Positions 47,372 to 57,726 of a stretch of DNA of 64,000 bases are shown here, piece after piece. How positions within the stretch are numbered: the first letter of the stretch is position 1; each line of letters begins with the position of its first letter. The position numbers and the translations under genes are program-made. The notes beneath the pieces are model-generated. The model worked only from the letters and a program-made list of their open reading frames with translations. It was not told the origin of the DNA and ran no database searches. Source of the stretch: Bacteroidota bacterium. Lineage in GTDB: Bacteria > Bacteroidota > Bacteroidia > UKL13-3. Where the stretch lies: assembly GCA_046309355.1 (NCBI GenBank), contig JBKCPL010000062.1, positions 778-64,777 on the forward strand, read 5' to 3'.

Positions 47372-48640
47372 ATGAAAAAAGATAAACAGGTATTTGATTT
47401 ATTAAAAAAAGAACATCACCGTCAGCAACACGGGCTGGAGTTAATCGCCTCAGAAAATTTTGTTAGCAAACAGGTCATGAAAGCACAGGGAAGTGTACTT
47501 ACCAATAAATATGCCGAAGGGCTTCCGGGAAAGCGTTATTACGGAGGCTGTGAAATTGTTGATCAAGTTGAACAACTGGCCATTGACCGATTGAAAGCGC
47601 TTTTTGGAGCTGCGTGGGCAAATGTGCAGCCACACTCGGGCGCTCAAGCCAATGCCGCGGTGATGCTGGCCTGCCTCAATCCGGGAGATAAAATTTTGGG
47701 ATTTGACCTCTCGCACGGAGGACATCTCACACACGGTTCACCTGTAAATTTTTCGGGCAAGCTGTATCAGCCATCCTTTTACGGAGTTGAAAAAGAAACC
47801 GGACTGATAGACTGGAATAAAGTAGAAGCTAACGCTACTGAGGTAAAACCTAAACTGATTATTTGCGGAGCATCGGCATACAGCCGCGACTGGGATTATG
47901 CGCGCCTGCGAGCCATTGCCGATTCGGTGGGGGCTTTGCTGCTGGCCGATATTGCGCATCCTGCCGGGCTTATTGCAAAAGGTTGGCTCAACAATCCCCT
48001 CGACTACTGCCACATAGTTACTTCGACAACGCATAAAACGCTGCGTGGACCACGTGGCGGTATTATTATGATGGGCAAAGACTTTGAAAATCCATTTGGT
48101 CAAAAAACACCTAAAGGCGAACTGAAAATGATGAGTGCATTGCTGGATGGTGCTGTTTTTCCGGGAACGCAAGGAGGCCCACTTGAGCACGTCATAGCCG
48201 CAAAAGCCGTAGCTTTTGGCGAAGCCCTAACCGATGACTTTAAAATATATACCGCACAGGTGCAGGCAAATGCACAAGCTATGGCTGCCGCACTGGTGAA
48301 CAAAGGTTATCAAATTATATCAGGAGGAACCGACAACCATTTAATGCTGATTGACCTGCGAAATAAAAACATCAGCGGCAAGGTTGCTGAAAACGCACTG
48401 GTAAAGGCCGATATTACACTGAATAAAAACATGGTTCCTTTTGACGATAAATCACCGTTTGTTACCTCCGGTATACGTATAGGTACCGCAGCCATCTCCA
48501 CACGCGGATTGAAAGAAAAGCACATGGGTAAAATTGTGGAGCTGATTGATGCTGTAATTCAAAAGCCGGAAGATGAAAAAACGCTAAAGGCTGTTCGCAA
48601 AAAAGTGAATAGCCTTATGGAAGGATTTCCGTTGTATTAG
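47372..48640 (+). CDS. glyA: serine hydroxymethyltransferase
   Basis: Start at [11 protein letters not shown]. The PLP lysine lies in the [12 protein letters not shown] context. Confidence 0.9.
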   Translation: MKKDKQVFDLLKKEHHRQQHGLELIASENFVSKQVMKAQGSVLTNKYAEGLPGKRYYGGCEIVDQVEQLAIDRLKALFGAAWANVQPHSGAQANAAVMLACLNPGDKILGFDLSHGGHLTHGSPVNFSGKLYQPSFYGVEKETGLIDWNKVEANATEVKPKLIICGASAYSRDWDYARLRAIADSVGALLLADIAHPAGLIAKGWLNNPLDYCHIVTSTTHKTLRGPRGGIIMMGKDFENPFGQKTPKGELKMMSALLDGAVFPGTQGGPLEHVIAAKAVAFGEALTDDFKIYTAQVQANAQAMAAALVNKGYQIISGGTDNHLMLIDLRNKNISGKVAENALVKADITLNKNMVPFDDKSPFVTSGIRIGTAAISTRGLKEKHMGKIVELIDAVIQKPEDEKTLKAVRKKVNSLMEGFPLY

Positions 48641-48678
48641 CAACAGACGATTTATTTTGACTCAATTAAAGTCAAATC

Positions 48679-50085
48679 CTATTCCCAGGCACCGATGCCG
48701 GGAGCAGTTGCACTGCGTTGTTGCATGCCTATATCGGTGAGTACACCCAGTGTTGTTCCCTTGCCTTTAGCCGGTGAATCGCTTTTAAGCCGCATATCCA
48801 CTTCGCCTGCATTTTCAAAACGAGGATCCTGGTTAAGTATATTTCCGTTTACATTCAGTGACTCAGTTTTTGTACGCAGCAGATTGGTTTGAAAAATACG
48901 GGTGGTGAATGATTGCTCCCCATCAGCAGCATTATTCAGCACTACTTCTTCTTCGCGGCTACCGTAAATAATCGTATTTACTACCCTGTAGTTGAGGGGG
49001 TATTTGGCCACTATATTTCCCGATTCATCTTTGAACGGAGAATTATCGAGCACAAAATGTGGCGTCTGACGGTTAAGCGTAAAGTTAAACGAAGCAAATG
49101 TGTTGTGATACAGCGTATACTCACCGCCCAGTACCCCGTAAAAGGTAAACTGACCACAATTGGTCACCACATTATTAATTGCTACCAGGTTTGCCGTGTA
49201 TCCAACAATACCCACAGCACTCATATTATCAATAAAGGATTCACGGAGCAATAAGTTAGGATTTGAATTAACAGGAAGCGAGTCTACCTCAATACCCAGC
49301 ACTCCGTTTTTAATGATGGCGTGCCTTATCACATTGTCTTTACTGCCCGGCAAAAAGCGTATACCAATCCACTGCCCTGCACGGTTTCTGTACTCAGCAT
49401 CCAGCCTATCACCTTCAAAAATAACGGGGCTTCCGTATTCGCCCTCTACCAGCAGGGTTCCCTGTACCAATATTACCGATTTTACATGCGAGTGTATGCG
49501 CGCTCCGGCTTTGATAGTAAGCGTTGTACCGGCAGGAATTAAAATGGAGTCGTAAATTACGTGTGGCTTATCGTTTTGCCAGATAAGCTGTCCGCCAGCT
49601 CCCGGCAGCACCTGATTTTGGTAGTAGTAAGCATCGCGGCCAAAACCTACAATATCTACATCCTGCAGGTTTCCATTGGTTTCAAACAGCAATTGTTCGG
49701 TAATGATAAAATCGTTTCCGGCATTTGAGTAAAACTGAACAAAAATGACGATGGAGTCATTGGCCCCAATTTCTTTACCGGTAATAGCCGATGAAGGTAA
49801 ACCATCTATATTCATACGTACCGATCCGTTTGATGTGCCCTGCAAGCGGATATTTACTTTTACGGTTTTATCGTTTTCGTTAATCACCCATAGCTGCTTG
49901 GTTACTGAAAGAGGCGGCCCCCCTCCCAGGTCAGAGAAAACCGTATCGAAAAAGAGGGTATCGGTTGAGAAACGAAGTATGGCCTTGGGGTCGGTTGTTA
50001 TTTCATCTTCCAGCTTGCACGAAACGAACAGCGCACCGGCAGCGATGACAAAAAAGAGGAGGTATGAGTTAAAAGAAAGGCGCAT
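48679..50085 (-). CDS. lipoprotein with probable right-handed parallel beta-helix
   Basis: Start chosen at MRLSFNSYLLFFVIAAGALFVSCKLED, which contains a lipobox. Repetitive Asn/Gly/Val turns are typical of beta-helix proteins. Confidence 0.5.
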   Translation of the reverse strand: MRLSFNSYLLFFVIAAGALFVSCKLEDEITTDPKAILRFSTDTLFFDTVFSDLGGGPPLSVTKQLWVINENDKTVKVNIRLQGTSNGSVRMNIDGLPSSAITGKEIGANDSIVIFVQFYSNAGNDFIITEQLLFETNGNLQDVDIVGFGRDAYYYQNQVLPGAGGQLIWQNDKPHVIYDSILIPAGTTLTIKAGARIHSHVKSVILVQGTLLVEGEYGSPVIFEGDRLDAEYRNRAGQWIGIRFLPGSKDNVIRHAIIKNGVLGIEVDSLPVNSNPNLLLRESFIDNMSAVGIVGYTANLVAINNVVTNCGQFTFYGVLGGEYTLYHNTFASFNFTLNRQTPHFVLDNSPFKDESGNIVAKYPLNYRVVNTIIYGSREEEVVLNNAADGEQSFTTRIFQTNLLRTKTESLNVNGNILNQDPRFENAGEVDMRLKSDSPAKGKGTTLGVLTDIGMQQRSATAPGIGAWE

Positions 50086-50110
50086 GCACGGGTCAAAACG
50101 CAAATATGCA

Positions 50111-51022
50111 CTAATTCGTATGGCTGCACAAATCGGCCAAGGCATCAGCAGCTGTTTCAAACCGAAACCTGAATCCGGCATTTAGTAGCTTCTGAGCTGA
50201 TATATGCTGGTGTGCGAGCAGCATGGTGTGCATTTCACCAAACAATAGTTTCATGGCAAACCTAGGCACATTGGGCAATAAAATGGGTCTTTTTTGGGCT
50301 TTTGCCAGTAAGTGAGTCAGCTCGGCATGGCTTACGGGTGCAGGTGCTACACCATTCCACACACCTGTAAACGATTCGTCTTCCAGTGCACGTAAAAAAA
50401 TACGGCACAAATCGTGTATATGAATCCAGCTGGTAGCTTGTTTTCCATTGCCTAGAACAGCGCCTACGTATGCATTAACAGGTTTACTTACTTCTTTTAC
50501 AAACCCTCCTTCGCGGGCCAGTACCACCCCGATGCGGATGATGGCTACAGGCACATTCAGTTCACTAAACCTATCGGCTTCTTTTTCCCAATCTGAGCAA
50601 ACATGCGCCAGAAAATTAGCCGCATGCGGGGCATCTTCTGTCGTGTATGGCGGGGTATGATTGCCATAAATACCAATGGCTGATGCTGAAATAAACTTTT
50701 GGAGCCGTGAATCGGGCTGGGTTTTTATGGCCTCATACAGTAGGCGTGTTGACTGAATACGGCTATCATAAATTTCTTGTTTATAGGCATCTGTCCAGCG
50801 GTGATTGGCAACACCCGCACCGGCCAGGTGTACAATATGTGTGGCACCGCATAGTGCTTTAGGGTCAATAGTACCCTTGTGTATATCCCAACTGTATGAT
50901 TTTACCCTCGAAGAGCGCGATTTCCGCCCTACATGTACCACCTCAAACCCCCTGGAAAGCAACATATCTGTAAGTTGACTACCTACCAAACCCGACCCCC
51001 CTGTGATAACTATTTTTTGCAT
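50111..51022 (-). CDS. TIGR01777 (YfcH-like) epimerase-family oxidoreductase
   Basis: 303 aa. It has an N-terminal GGSGLVGS Rossmann motif and the C-terminal DUF1731-like tail typical of this family. Confidence 0.75.
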   Translation of the reverse strand: MQKIVITGGSGLVGSQLTDMLLSRGFEVVHVGRKSRSSRVKSYSWDIHKGTIDPKALCGATHIVHLAGAGVANHRWTDAYKQEIYDSRIQSTRLLYEAIKTQPDSRLQKFISASAIGIYGNHTPPYTTEDAPHAANFLAHVCSDWEKEADRFSELNVPVAIIRIGVVLAREGGFVKEVSKPVNAYVGAVLGNGKQATSWIHIHDLCRIFLRALEDESFTGVWNGVAPAPVSHAELTHLLAKAQKRPILLPNVPRFAMKLLFGEMHTMLLAHQHISAQKLLNAGFRFRFETAADALADLCSHTN

Positions 51023-51107
51023 TCGTTAGCCTTTGTGTAACAATCATAAAACAAAAACCGGGTTAAGATGTTTGAAGTTGATAAACAATAATTCAGGGAG
51101 GCATTAA

Positions 51108-52019
51108 GTGGGTATTTTTTCGATAAAAGATGTAGAAGCAGTTTCCGGAATCAAAAGTCACACGTTGCGCATCTGGGAACAACGGTATGGAATTATACAG
51201 CCCAAACGTACCGACACGAATATTCGTTATTACGATGACGAAGACCTGAAGTATATTCTCAACATCAGCATTTTAAACAAGCACGGCTTCAAAATTTCGG
51301 AAATAGCAAAAATGGGCCGCAATGAAATCAATGAGCACATTCTTAAACTTTCGAGCCGAAGCAATCGTTTTGAAAGCCAGATAAAAAGCCTGATTTCGGC
51401 TATGCTGCGATTTGATGAATATGCTTTCCATCAAATATTAACTACCAATATCATTCAGCACGGTCTTGATCAAACCATGATTGCTGTCGTATTCCCATTT
51501 TTATCGGAAACAGGGTTGCTTTGGCAGTTGGGATCTATCCATCCCTCGCACGAGCATTTTGCTTCCAATATCATAAAGCAAAAGTTGTATGTAGCTATTG
51601 ATGGAAATGTAGGTAAACTCACATCCAATCCTAAGCGCTTTTTATTGTTTCTACCCGAATATGAGCAACACACATTGGGTTTACTTTTTGCCAATTACAT
51701 TTTGAGGGCCCGCGGACACGATGTGTTATTTCTGGGTCAGCAGGTGCCTTTGGTAGATTTAGGCAAAGTGTCGGGCGACTGTGTTCCCGATTTTGTATTT
51801 ACCATACTTACTGCAGCGCACGTTCACGTTGATAAAGAAGCTTACATCAATCAGCTGTGTGAGATTTGGAAAGATGCTAAAATACTGCTTAGCGGGGCAC
51901 AGTTTTTAACCGGTGATTTTAATTATTCATCCCAGGTAAAACTGATTCACACCATGCAGGAGTTTATCAATTTTGTAGATACCATTACGCAAAGCGGATC
52001 ACTCGAAAAACGCAATTGA
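51108..52019 (+). CDS. MerR-family regulator with C-terminal cobalamin-binding domain (CarH/LitR-like)
   Basis: It has a GTG start. The N-terminal MerR HTH is YSIKDVEAVSGIKSHTLRIWEQRYG. C-terminally, a W-containing helical region is followed by a B12-binding Rossmann motif (EQHTLG, i.e. ExHxxG) and GHDVLFLGQQVPLVDL. Confidence 0.65.
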   Translation: MGIFSIKDVEAVSGIKSHTLRIWEQRYGIIQPKRTDTNIRYYDDEDLKYILNISILNKHGFKISEIAKMGRNEINEHILKLSSRSNRFESQIKSLISAMLRFDEYAFHQILTTNIIQHGLDQTMIAVVFPFLSETGLLWQLGSIHPSHEHFASNIIKQKLYVAIDGNVGKLTSNPKRFLLFLPEYEQHTLGLLFANYILRARGHDVLFLGQQVPLVDLGKVSGDCVPDFVFTILTAAHVHVDKEAYINQLCEIWKDAKILLSGAQFLTGDFNYSSQVKLIHTMQEFINFVDTITQSGSLEKRN

Positions 52020-52036
52020 TTTCCCAGTAGCGTAGT

Positions 52037-52468
52037 TTACTCCAGTTCCATTCTGTCAGCTGCATTAGCGGGTACATCATGCTGAATCGGTTTGTCGTAT
52101 TCTAGCGACCTGTTGTTTAACTCATACAGCGACAACTTATCACTGGTAGTAGTTAATAGCCAGTCTGTACCGCGTTTATAAAATACCTGAACAGCAACAC
52201 CAAACGTGGAAGTAAATTTTTGTTCCACATTGCCTGCCGTGTCGGTATCGTGCAGTTCCATCAACCCGGTTTTGCCCGAAAGCGACTCAAAAGTGAGTGC
52301 ATGATTAGTCAGTTTTTCGGGAGCCGTGTATTGGCCATCCTTATTAGCATCCACAAAAAACTCTAGTTTTAAAAAAGGAAAACGTGCATTAAATGCGTCT
52401 CTAACCCGCCTGAGGGTAGTAAAGTGTGTAATAATTAGTTGCATAACGGTGTGTGTATTGTACAACAA
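52037..52468 (-). CDS. hypothetical protein
   Basis: 143-aa ORF with no recognisable motif. Confidence 0.35.
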   Translation of the reverse strand: MLYNTHTVMQLIITHFTTLRRVRDAFNARFPFLKLEFFVDANKDGQYTAPEKLTNHALTFESLSGKTGLMELHDTDTAGNVEQKFTSTFGVAVQVFYKRGTDWLLTTTSDKLSLYELNNRSLEYDKPIQHDVPANAADRMELE

Positions 52469-52548
52469 ATGTGAATCTTGAACTGCTCAAAAAAAATGAT
52501 TTACGTCATAGAACGCAGCAGTAAAAAGTTTGCCTAATTTAGCGCGCC

Positions 52549-53007
52549 ATGGAAATCTGGTGGAAAGCGATAACTGTTATTATGTGGAGCTCATTTAAAT
52601 TCATGGTGGGTGTATTCACTGCGCTTGGGTTCAACTTCAGTTTTCCCGAAACCTTTATGAGTACTGTGGGTGGTGGTATGCTGGGCGTGCTGGCTTATCT
52701 GTATGTTTGGGAAATTTTAACAGCGCTATGGCGTAAGGTTTTTCCAAAAAAGAAACACCCCGGAGGCATTAAAATAAACAAGCTACGCAGGATTATTGTC
52801 ATCATCGTGCGCAGGTACGAGTTGTATGGTATTGCAGCACTTACACCGGTTTTGTTGTCGGTACCGCTGGGCACTATTCTGGCTGCATCTATTGAGCACA
52901 GCAAATGGCGCATTAAATTATTTATGCTGGTATCTTTTACAGTGTGGTGTTGTTTATTATTTGCTTTGTCACGAATATTCGGTGTAGCGGTTCAGGAGTT
53001 GTTTTAA
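52549..53007 (+). CDS. hypothetical small membrane protein
   Basis: 152 aa with 4 hydrophobic helices. Confidence 0.35.
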   Translation: MEIWWKAITVIMWSSFKFMVGVFTALGFNFSFPETFMSTVGGGMLGVLAYLYVWEILTALWRKVFPKKKHPGGIKINKLRRIIVIIVRRYELYGIAALTPVLLSVPLGTILAASIEHSKWRIKLFMLVSFTVWCCLLFALSRIFGVAVQELF

Positions 53008-53879
53008 TTCCCGTATTTATCCATAATGGTATATAAAATACCGTCTTTCAAACCTGCACTTGGCGCCATTATTTTTTCAATATTGGCCCACTTCAGCAAT
53101 TGCAAATAAATATAGGCTGAAGGTTCAATCACATCCGCACGATCGGGATTCAGTTTATACTGTTCAATTCGCTCGCGGGTATTCAGTTTTTTAATTTTGT
53201 GATAAAAGGTATGTAGTTCCTCGCGCGTTATGGAAGGATTCTCGGAAGGATGAATTATCTGCGCTATTTTATTGATGGTTCCGCTGGTGGCAATGGCTTG
53301 TGAATGCTGCACATCAGTCAGGTGCGACTGAACATAGTTTTCTATTTGCTGCCACGTTGATTTATTGATAGCATCATCCAGCAAGCGAACAGTTCCCACA
53401 TCAAAGGAAACAGAGTCGAACGCTTTCTGATTTTTAATCACCGTCATTTCTGTACTTCCACCACCTACGTCTATGGTCAGATACGTTTTATTGGGTTTAA
53501 ACAAGTGGCTGATGGAGCGAAGTATAAGTTGTGATTCACGTTTGCCGTCAATTACTTCCACTTTTAATCCGCAGCTTTTTTCAACTTTATGTACAATCTT
53601 TTCTGCATTTTTTGCGTCACGCAGTGCACTGGTGGCACAGGCCATATAATGGTCTACATCGTATGCCTGCAGCAACAGGCTAAATGCTTCCATAGCTTTA
53701 TAAAACACTTCCCGTTTTTCTTTGCTGATTTTTCCTTCTCGGAAAGCATCATCGCCCAGACGGATAGGAATGCGAACAAACTCAACGCGCTTAAATGGTT
53801 CGGCAAATGTGCCATCGTTGGTACGGGCTATTTGCAGCCGCACAGCATTGGAACCGATATCAATGGCTGCTATTTTCAT
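53004..53879 (-). CDS. ppx: Ppx/GppA-family phosphatase (N-terminal actin-like domains only)
   Basis: It starts MKIAAIDIGSNAVRL, with an ASKHSF-like phosphate-binding loop, and contains the conserved acidic motif IDVGGGSTE. Confidence 0.75.
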   Translation of the reverse strand: MKIAAIDIGSNAVRLQIARTNDGTFAEPFKRVEFVRIPIRLGDDAFREGKISKEKREVFYKAMEAFSLLLQAYDVDHYMACATSALRDAKNAEKIVHKVEKSCGLKVEVIDGKRESQLILRSISHLFKPNKTYLTIDVGGGSTEMTVIKNQKAFDSVSFDVGTVRLLDDAINKSTWQQIENYVQSHLTDVQHSQAIATSGTINKIAQIIHPSENPSITREELHTFYHKIKKLNTRERIEQYKLNPDRADVIEPSAYIYLQLLKWANIEKIMAPSAGLKDGILYTIMDKYGN

Positions 53880-53926
53880 ACTGCCGGCAATATGAGAAAA
53901 AGTTAAAGGAATTGCAATCTACTTAA

Positions 53927-54838
53927 TCAGCCTTTCATCCAACGTATCAACCACGGAAGTCGGTTTATGCGCAAATGAACATAATTCCGTTTTTCAGCTC
54001 CAAACCCTTTGAATAACCGGGCTACACCGGGAATTTCCGACCCTTCAAAATCGAGTTCGAAGGGGTGGCCGCTGTAATGCCGTATCATGTGATCAAACAA
54101 CAAGTAAATACTCCTCTCCTCTTTACCCTGTTTGCTGCTACTGCCCATCAGGTAGTAAATGCGGGTATTGCAAATGGCAAATGCAGCGGAAGAAAGTATG
54201 TCGCCCTTATCGTCACTTACTGCCAGAGGCTTTACCAAGTGATTGGCAAAAAGTGTATCGAACAGTTGCTGCAACACAACATAGTGCGAACTATCCAGTC
54301 CTTTGGTTTCAGCTCCTTTGTGGGTGCGGTATTGGTCAATAATAACAGATGTATCGCATGCAACAACCTGTTGCGGGTGGCGGGTTGCTTTTTTCAGGTT
54401 GCGTCTGGTGTGTTCACTGTATTTTTTTACCAGCTTTTCGTAGGGCTTATTCAAGGGTAAAACATAATTTTTACGCTTAATGATTTTTCCCTTGCTTATG
54501 TTTTGCTGAACAAGAGCCTCATTCAGTTGTACATCAATATACCTGTACTTATGCGGTATTGCTGACAGCACTTCATCAAGTTGCTCGGCTAAGGGTAAAT
54601 GCTTATAAAAAAGCCCCAATTGCTGGGTAAAAAAAGGCTGAAACACATACTGATAAATTTTTTTCTTTACCGGAAGCGGAAACACAGCTTCGTAATCGCC
54701 TACAACCAGTGCACTCCAGCCCGGGCAAACTATATCGAGGTACCACGAATACCCGTACAGCATACTGTTCAGGCTTTGCGAAATACAAAGATCCCAGCGC
54801 TGTTTATCAATTTCTTGGTGTTGAAGGTACTGTATCAA
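53927..54838 (-). CDS. hypothetical protein, possibly FemAB/GNAT-like (Acetyltransf_6-type)
   Basis: 303 aa. It is co-directional with the upstream 456-aa gene, with a 2-bp gap. The similarity is weak. Confidence 0.35.
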   Translation of the reverse strand: MIQYLQHQEIDKQRWDLCISQSLNSMLYGYSWYLDIVCPGWSALVVGDYEAVFPLPVKKKIYQYVFQPFFTQQLGLFYKHLPLAEQLDEVLSAIPHKYRYIDVQLNEALVQQNISKGKIIKRKNYVLPLNKPYEKLVKKYSEHTRRNLKKATRHPQQVVACDTSVIIDQYRTHKGAETKGLDSSHYVVLQQLFDTLFANHLVKPLAVSDDKGDILSSAAFAICNTRIYYLMGSSSKQGKEERSIYLLFDHMIRHYSGHPFELDFEGSEIPGVARLFKGFGAEKRNYVHLRINRLPWLIRWMKG

Positions 54839-54840
54839 GC

Positions 54841-56211
54841 TTATTGTTTATCGGCTGCAAAGTTATGCATTGTTTGGAATACGTATCTCCAGCTATGCCA
54901 TCCTTCGGCAGAACTAAGATTAGAATTGTGCCAAATACTTATGAATTCGCCCGAATACGTGTGAACTGTATCCATCAATTTCTCGATAAGCCGAATAGCA
55001 GTAGCAGGATTTAGCTCCATGGCATACCTAAGTGTGGTATCCATTACACAAGGTGAGTGTATCTGTAATTCAGCGGGCTTATTCGTTTTTAAATTAAAAA
55101 ATTGAAATGGCTTGCAGGTTGATGCCCTAAACCCACAGCGGTCGGCATACATCATTGAATAGTCGAACCGAATACCGGCAAGCTCCAATGCTTCATACGT
55201 TTCGGGTAAATGTAACCGCAGGTAGTGTTGCCTGCTATGATAAATAATACGGCCACATAATTTTTCCAAACGCTGCTTTTCTTCTGCTATCCATTCAGTA
55301 TGCTCACGTGTGTGATACGATGGGTGTAATCCGATTTGTGCATCTGCATCTAGTTTTGCAATGGCGTTTTTATAATCATACGAAGTGTGCGATATGTTTT
55401 TATCGTAGTTGGTTTCATTTCGGGTAAGAAAAAAATACATAAGGTGCGCCCGTGTCTTCATCACTACCGATTCGATGTATGCATAGCTATCGTATGGGTC
55501 TTTGCTAAATCCTGTAAATACTTTCAATTGTTCTGTGGCATCCTGTAAACGTTGCTGTTTAAGTGCATTTGCCCATTTCATCAATTGCTTTGCTGCGCCA
55601 TAGCCTTTGTAGCGATATACAAAATCAACATCAATGGAGCTGATGTGCTGAAAGATACTGTTTGCAAAGTTTAGTTCAGGGAATTGCTGATTCAGTTGAA
55701 TGCGTAATTGATTTGCCCATACATCTATCAAGGGTATTTCAAGAAATTGGTATTGCCAGGCCAAGCTGCTTGTATAGTTGAATCGGCCATGTTTATCGGG
55801 TTCAAAAAAAACATACTCCTCGTAGCGGCTTAGCAAATAAAAGGCTGCTGAAAAGATATCGAACGGATGGTCGGATGAAGCATGCCCGACTGCAATGGTT
55901 TTCATCCAGTGCGGATGGTCGGTAACAGATACGGTTTGCCGTTCGGTATGCTTTTCAAAAAGCAACTGTGTGGGAATAATCTGATAGCTGTTTTCGCACC
56001 ACACATTGCTATAATTTAGTTTAGGACCGGTATGTTTTACAAATTGATCAAAGTCGTGAATACTGGTATATTCCACTCCTATACGCCTGTAAAGCAATTC
56101 GTGTAGAATATATGTTAAACGAGGACTTTCCGTAGCGCTGTATACAAGCAACATGAAGTGCAAAATAACAAAAATAAGCCGTGCTGTTGCAATACATACC
56201 GGATATTGCAC
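54841..56211 (-). CDS. hypothetical protein, possibly polysaccharide-deacetylase-like
   Basis: 456 aa with His-rich blocks (HSRQHYLRLH, IWHNSNL) that loosely recall NodB motifs. Low confidence. Confidence 0.35.
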   Translation of the reverse strand: MQYPVCIATARLIFVILHFMLLVYSATESPRLTYILHELLYRRIGVEYTSIHDFDQFVKHTGPKLNYSNVWCENSYQIIPTQLLFEKHTERQTVSVTDHPHWMKTIAVGHASSDHPFDIFSAAFYLLSRYEEYVFFEPDKHGRFNYTSSLAWQYQFLEIPLIDVWANQLRIQLNQQFPELNFANSIFQHISSIDVDFVYRYKGYGAAKQLMKWANALKQQRLQDATEQLKVFTGFSKDPYDSYAYIESVVMKTRAHLMYFFLTRNETNYDKNISHTSYDYKNAIAKLDADAQIGLHPSYHTREHTEWIAEEKQRLEKLCGRIIYHSRQHYLRLHLPETYEALELAGIRFDYSMMYADRCGFRASTCKPFQFFNLKTNKPAELQIHSPCVMDTTLRYAMELNPATAIRLIEKLMDTVHTYSGEFISIWHNSNLSSAEGWHSWRYVFQTMHNFAADKQ

Positions 56212-56241
56212 CTTGTATGTTTTGGTGTAACTTGCGGGCCT

Positions 56242-57726
56242 ATGTCGGACGAGTTATTCAAGAAAGTAGTAAGCCATGCCAAAGAGTATGGTTTTGTGTT
56301 CCCATCCAGCGAAATTTATGACGGATTAGGAGCTGTTTACGATTACGGTCAAAACGGAACCGAATTAAAAAACAACCTTCGTCAATACTGGTGGAAAGCT
56401 ATGGTGCACATGCATGAAAATATTGTGGGTATTGATTCTGCCATATTTATGCACCCAAAAACATGGAAGGCCAGTGGACATATAGATGGGTTTAGCGACC
56501 CCATGATTGATAACAAAGACAGCAAGAAACGCTACCGTGCCGATCAGTTGTTGGAAGATAAAATAGCCCGTTACGAAAAAGACGGCAAGACACAAAAAGC
56601 TGCTGAATTGCAACAGGGGCTTGATAAAGCGATGCTCGAAAATGACCTAGCTCTGTTAAAGAGTCTTGTTGAACAGCATGAAATTGCCTGTCCAATTAGC
56701 GGTACACGCAATTGGACCGATGTGCGGCAATTCAACCTCATGTTTAGTACCGAAATGGGAGCTATGGCTGAAGATGCCGATAAAATATACTTGCGCCCCG
56801 AAACTGCACAGGGCATATTCGTCAATTTTCTGAATGTTCAAAAAACAGGCCGCATGAAAATACCTTTCGGTATTGCACAAACAGGCAAAGCCTTTCGAAA
56901 TGAAATAATAGCACGCCAATTTATAATGCGTATGCGTGAGTTTGAACAAATGGAAATGCAGTTTTTTGTGCGACCCGGCACTCAAAAACAGTGGTACGAA
57001 TACTGGAAAGCAGCACGGCTTAAATGGCATCAGAAACTTGGGCTAGGCAATGCAAAATACCGCTACCACGATCATGTAAAGTTAGCTCACTATGCCGATG
57101 CAGCTGTTGATATAGAGTTTGATTTCCCTTTCGGATTTAAAGAACTGGAAGGCATACATTCACGTACAGATTTTGACCTAAGAAATCATCAGGAATTGTC
57201 CGGTAAGAAACTGCAGTACTTTGATGCAGAAACCGATGAAAACGGAAAGCCATTTGGCAATTATATTCCTTATGTGGTTGAAACATCCGTAGGGCTCGAC
57301 CGACTCTTTTTATCGGTGCTTTGCGCTGCATACCACGAAGAAGAAATAGGTAGTGCGGATGCACCATCAGATAAAAAAGATACACGTGTAGTGCTGCGCA
57401 TTACGCCTGTTCTTGCTCCATACAAAATAGCGGTATTCCCCCTTACCAAAAAAGATGGCTTACCCGAAGTAGCCCGACAGATTATTGATAAGCTGAAACT
57501 GGAATACAATTGCTTTTATGAGGAAAAAGACGCTATAGGGAAACGCTACCGCAGGCAGGATGCCATAGGTACACCATACTGCATTACTGTGGATCATCAA
57601 ACACTCGAAGACAGAACGGTAACCATTCGTCACCGCGATACGATGATTCAAGAACGTGTTAGCATAGATGCATTGCAGGATATACTCAGCAAAACCATCA
57701 ACTGGAATTCATTGTTAGCTGATTAA
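56242..57726 (+). CDS. glyQS: glycine--tRNA ligase (alpha2 class II type)
   Basis: Start at MSDELFKKVVSHAKEYGFVFPSSEIYDGLGAVYDYGQNG, the canonical GlyRS N-terminus. A C-terminal anticodon-binding domain follows. Confidence 0.9.
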   Translation: MSDELFKKVVSHAKEYGFVFPSSEIYDGLGAVYDYGQNGTELKNNLRQYWWKAMVHMHENIVGIDSAIFMHPKTWKASGHIDGFSDPMIDNKDSKKRYRADQLLEDKIARYEKDGKTQKAAELQQGLDKAMLENDLALLKSLVEQHEIACPISGTRNWTDVRQFNLMFSTEMGAMAEDADKIYLRPETAQGIFVNFLNVQKTGRMKIPFGIAQTGKAFRNEIIARQFIMRMREFEQMEMQFFVRPGTQKQWYEYWKAARLKWHQKLGLGNAKYRYHDHVKLAHYADAAVDIEFDFPFGFKELEGIHSRTDFDLRNHQELSGKKLQYFDAETDENGKPFGNYIPYVVETSVGLDRLFLSVLCAAYHEEEIGSADAPSDKKDTRVVLRITPVLAPYKIAVFPLTKKDGLPEVARQIIDKLKLEYNCFYEEKDAIGKRYRRQDAIGTPYCITVDHQTLEDRTVTIRHRDTMIQERVSIDALQDILSKTINWNSLLAD

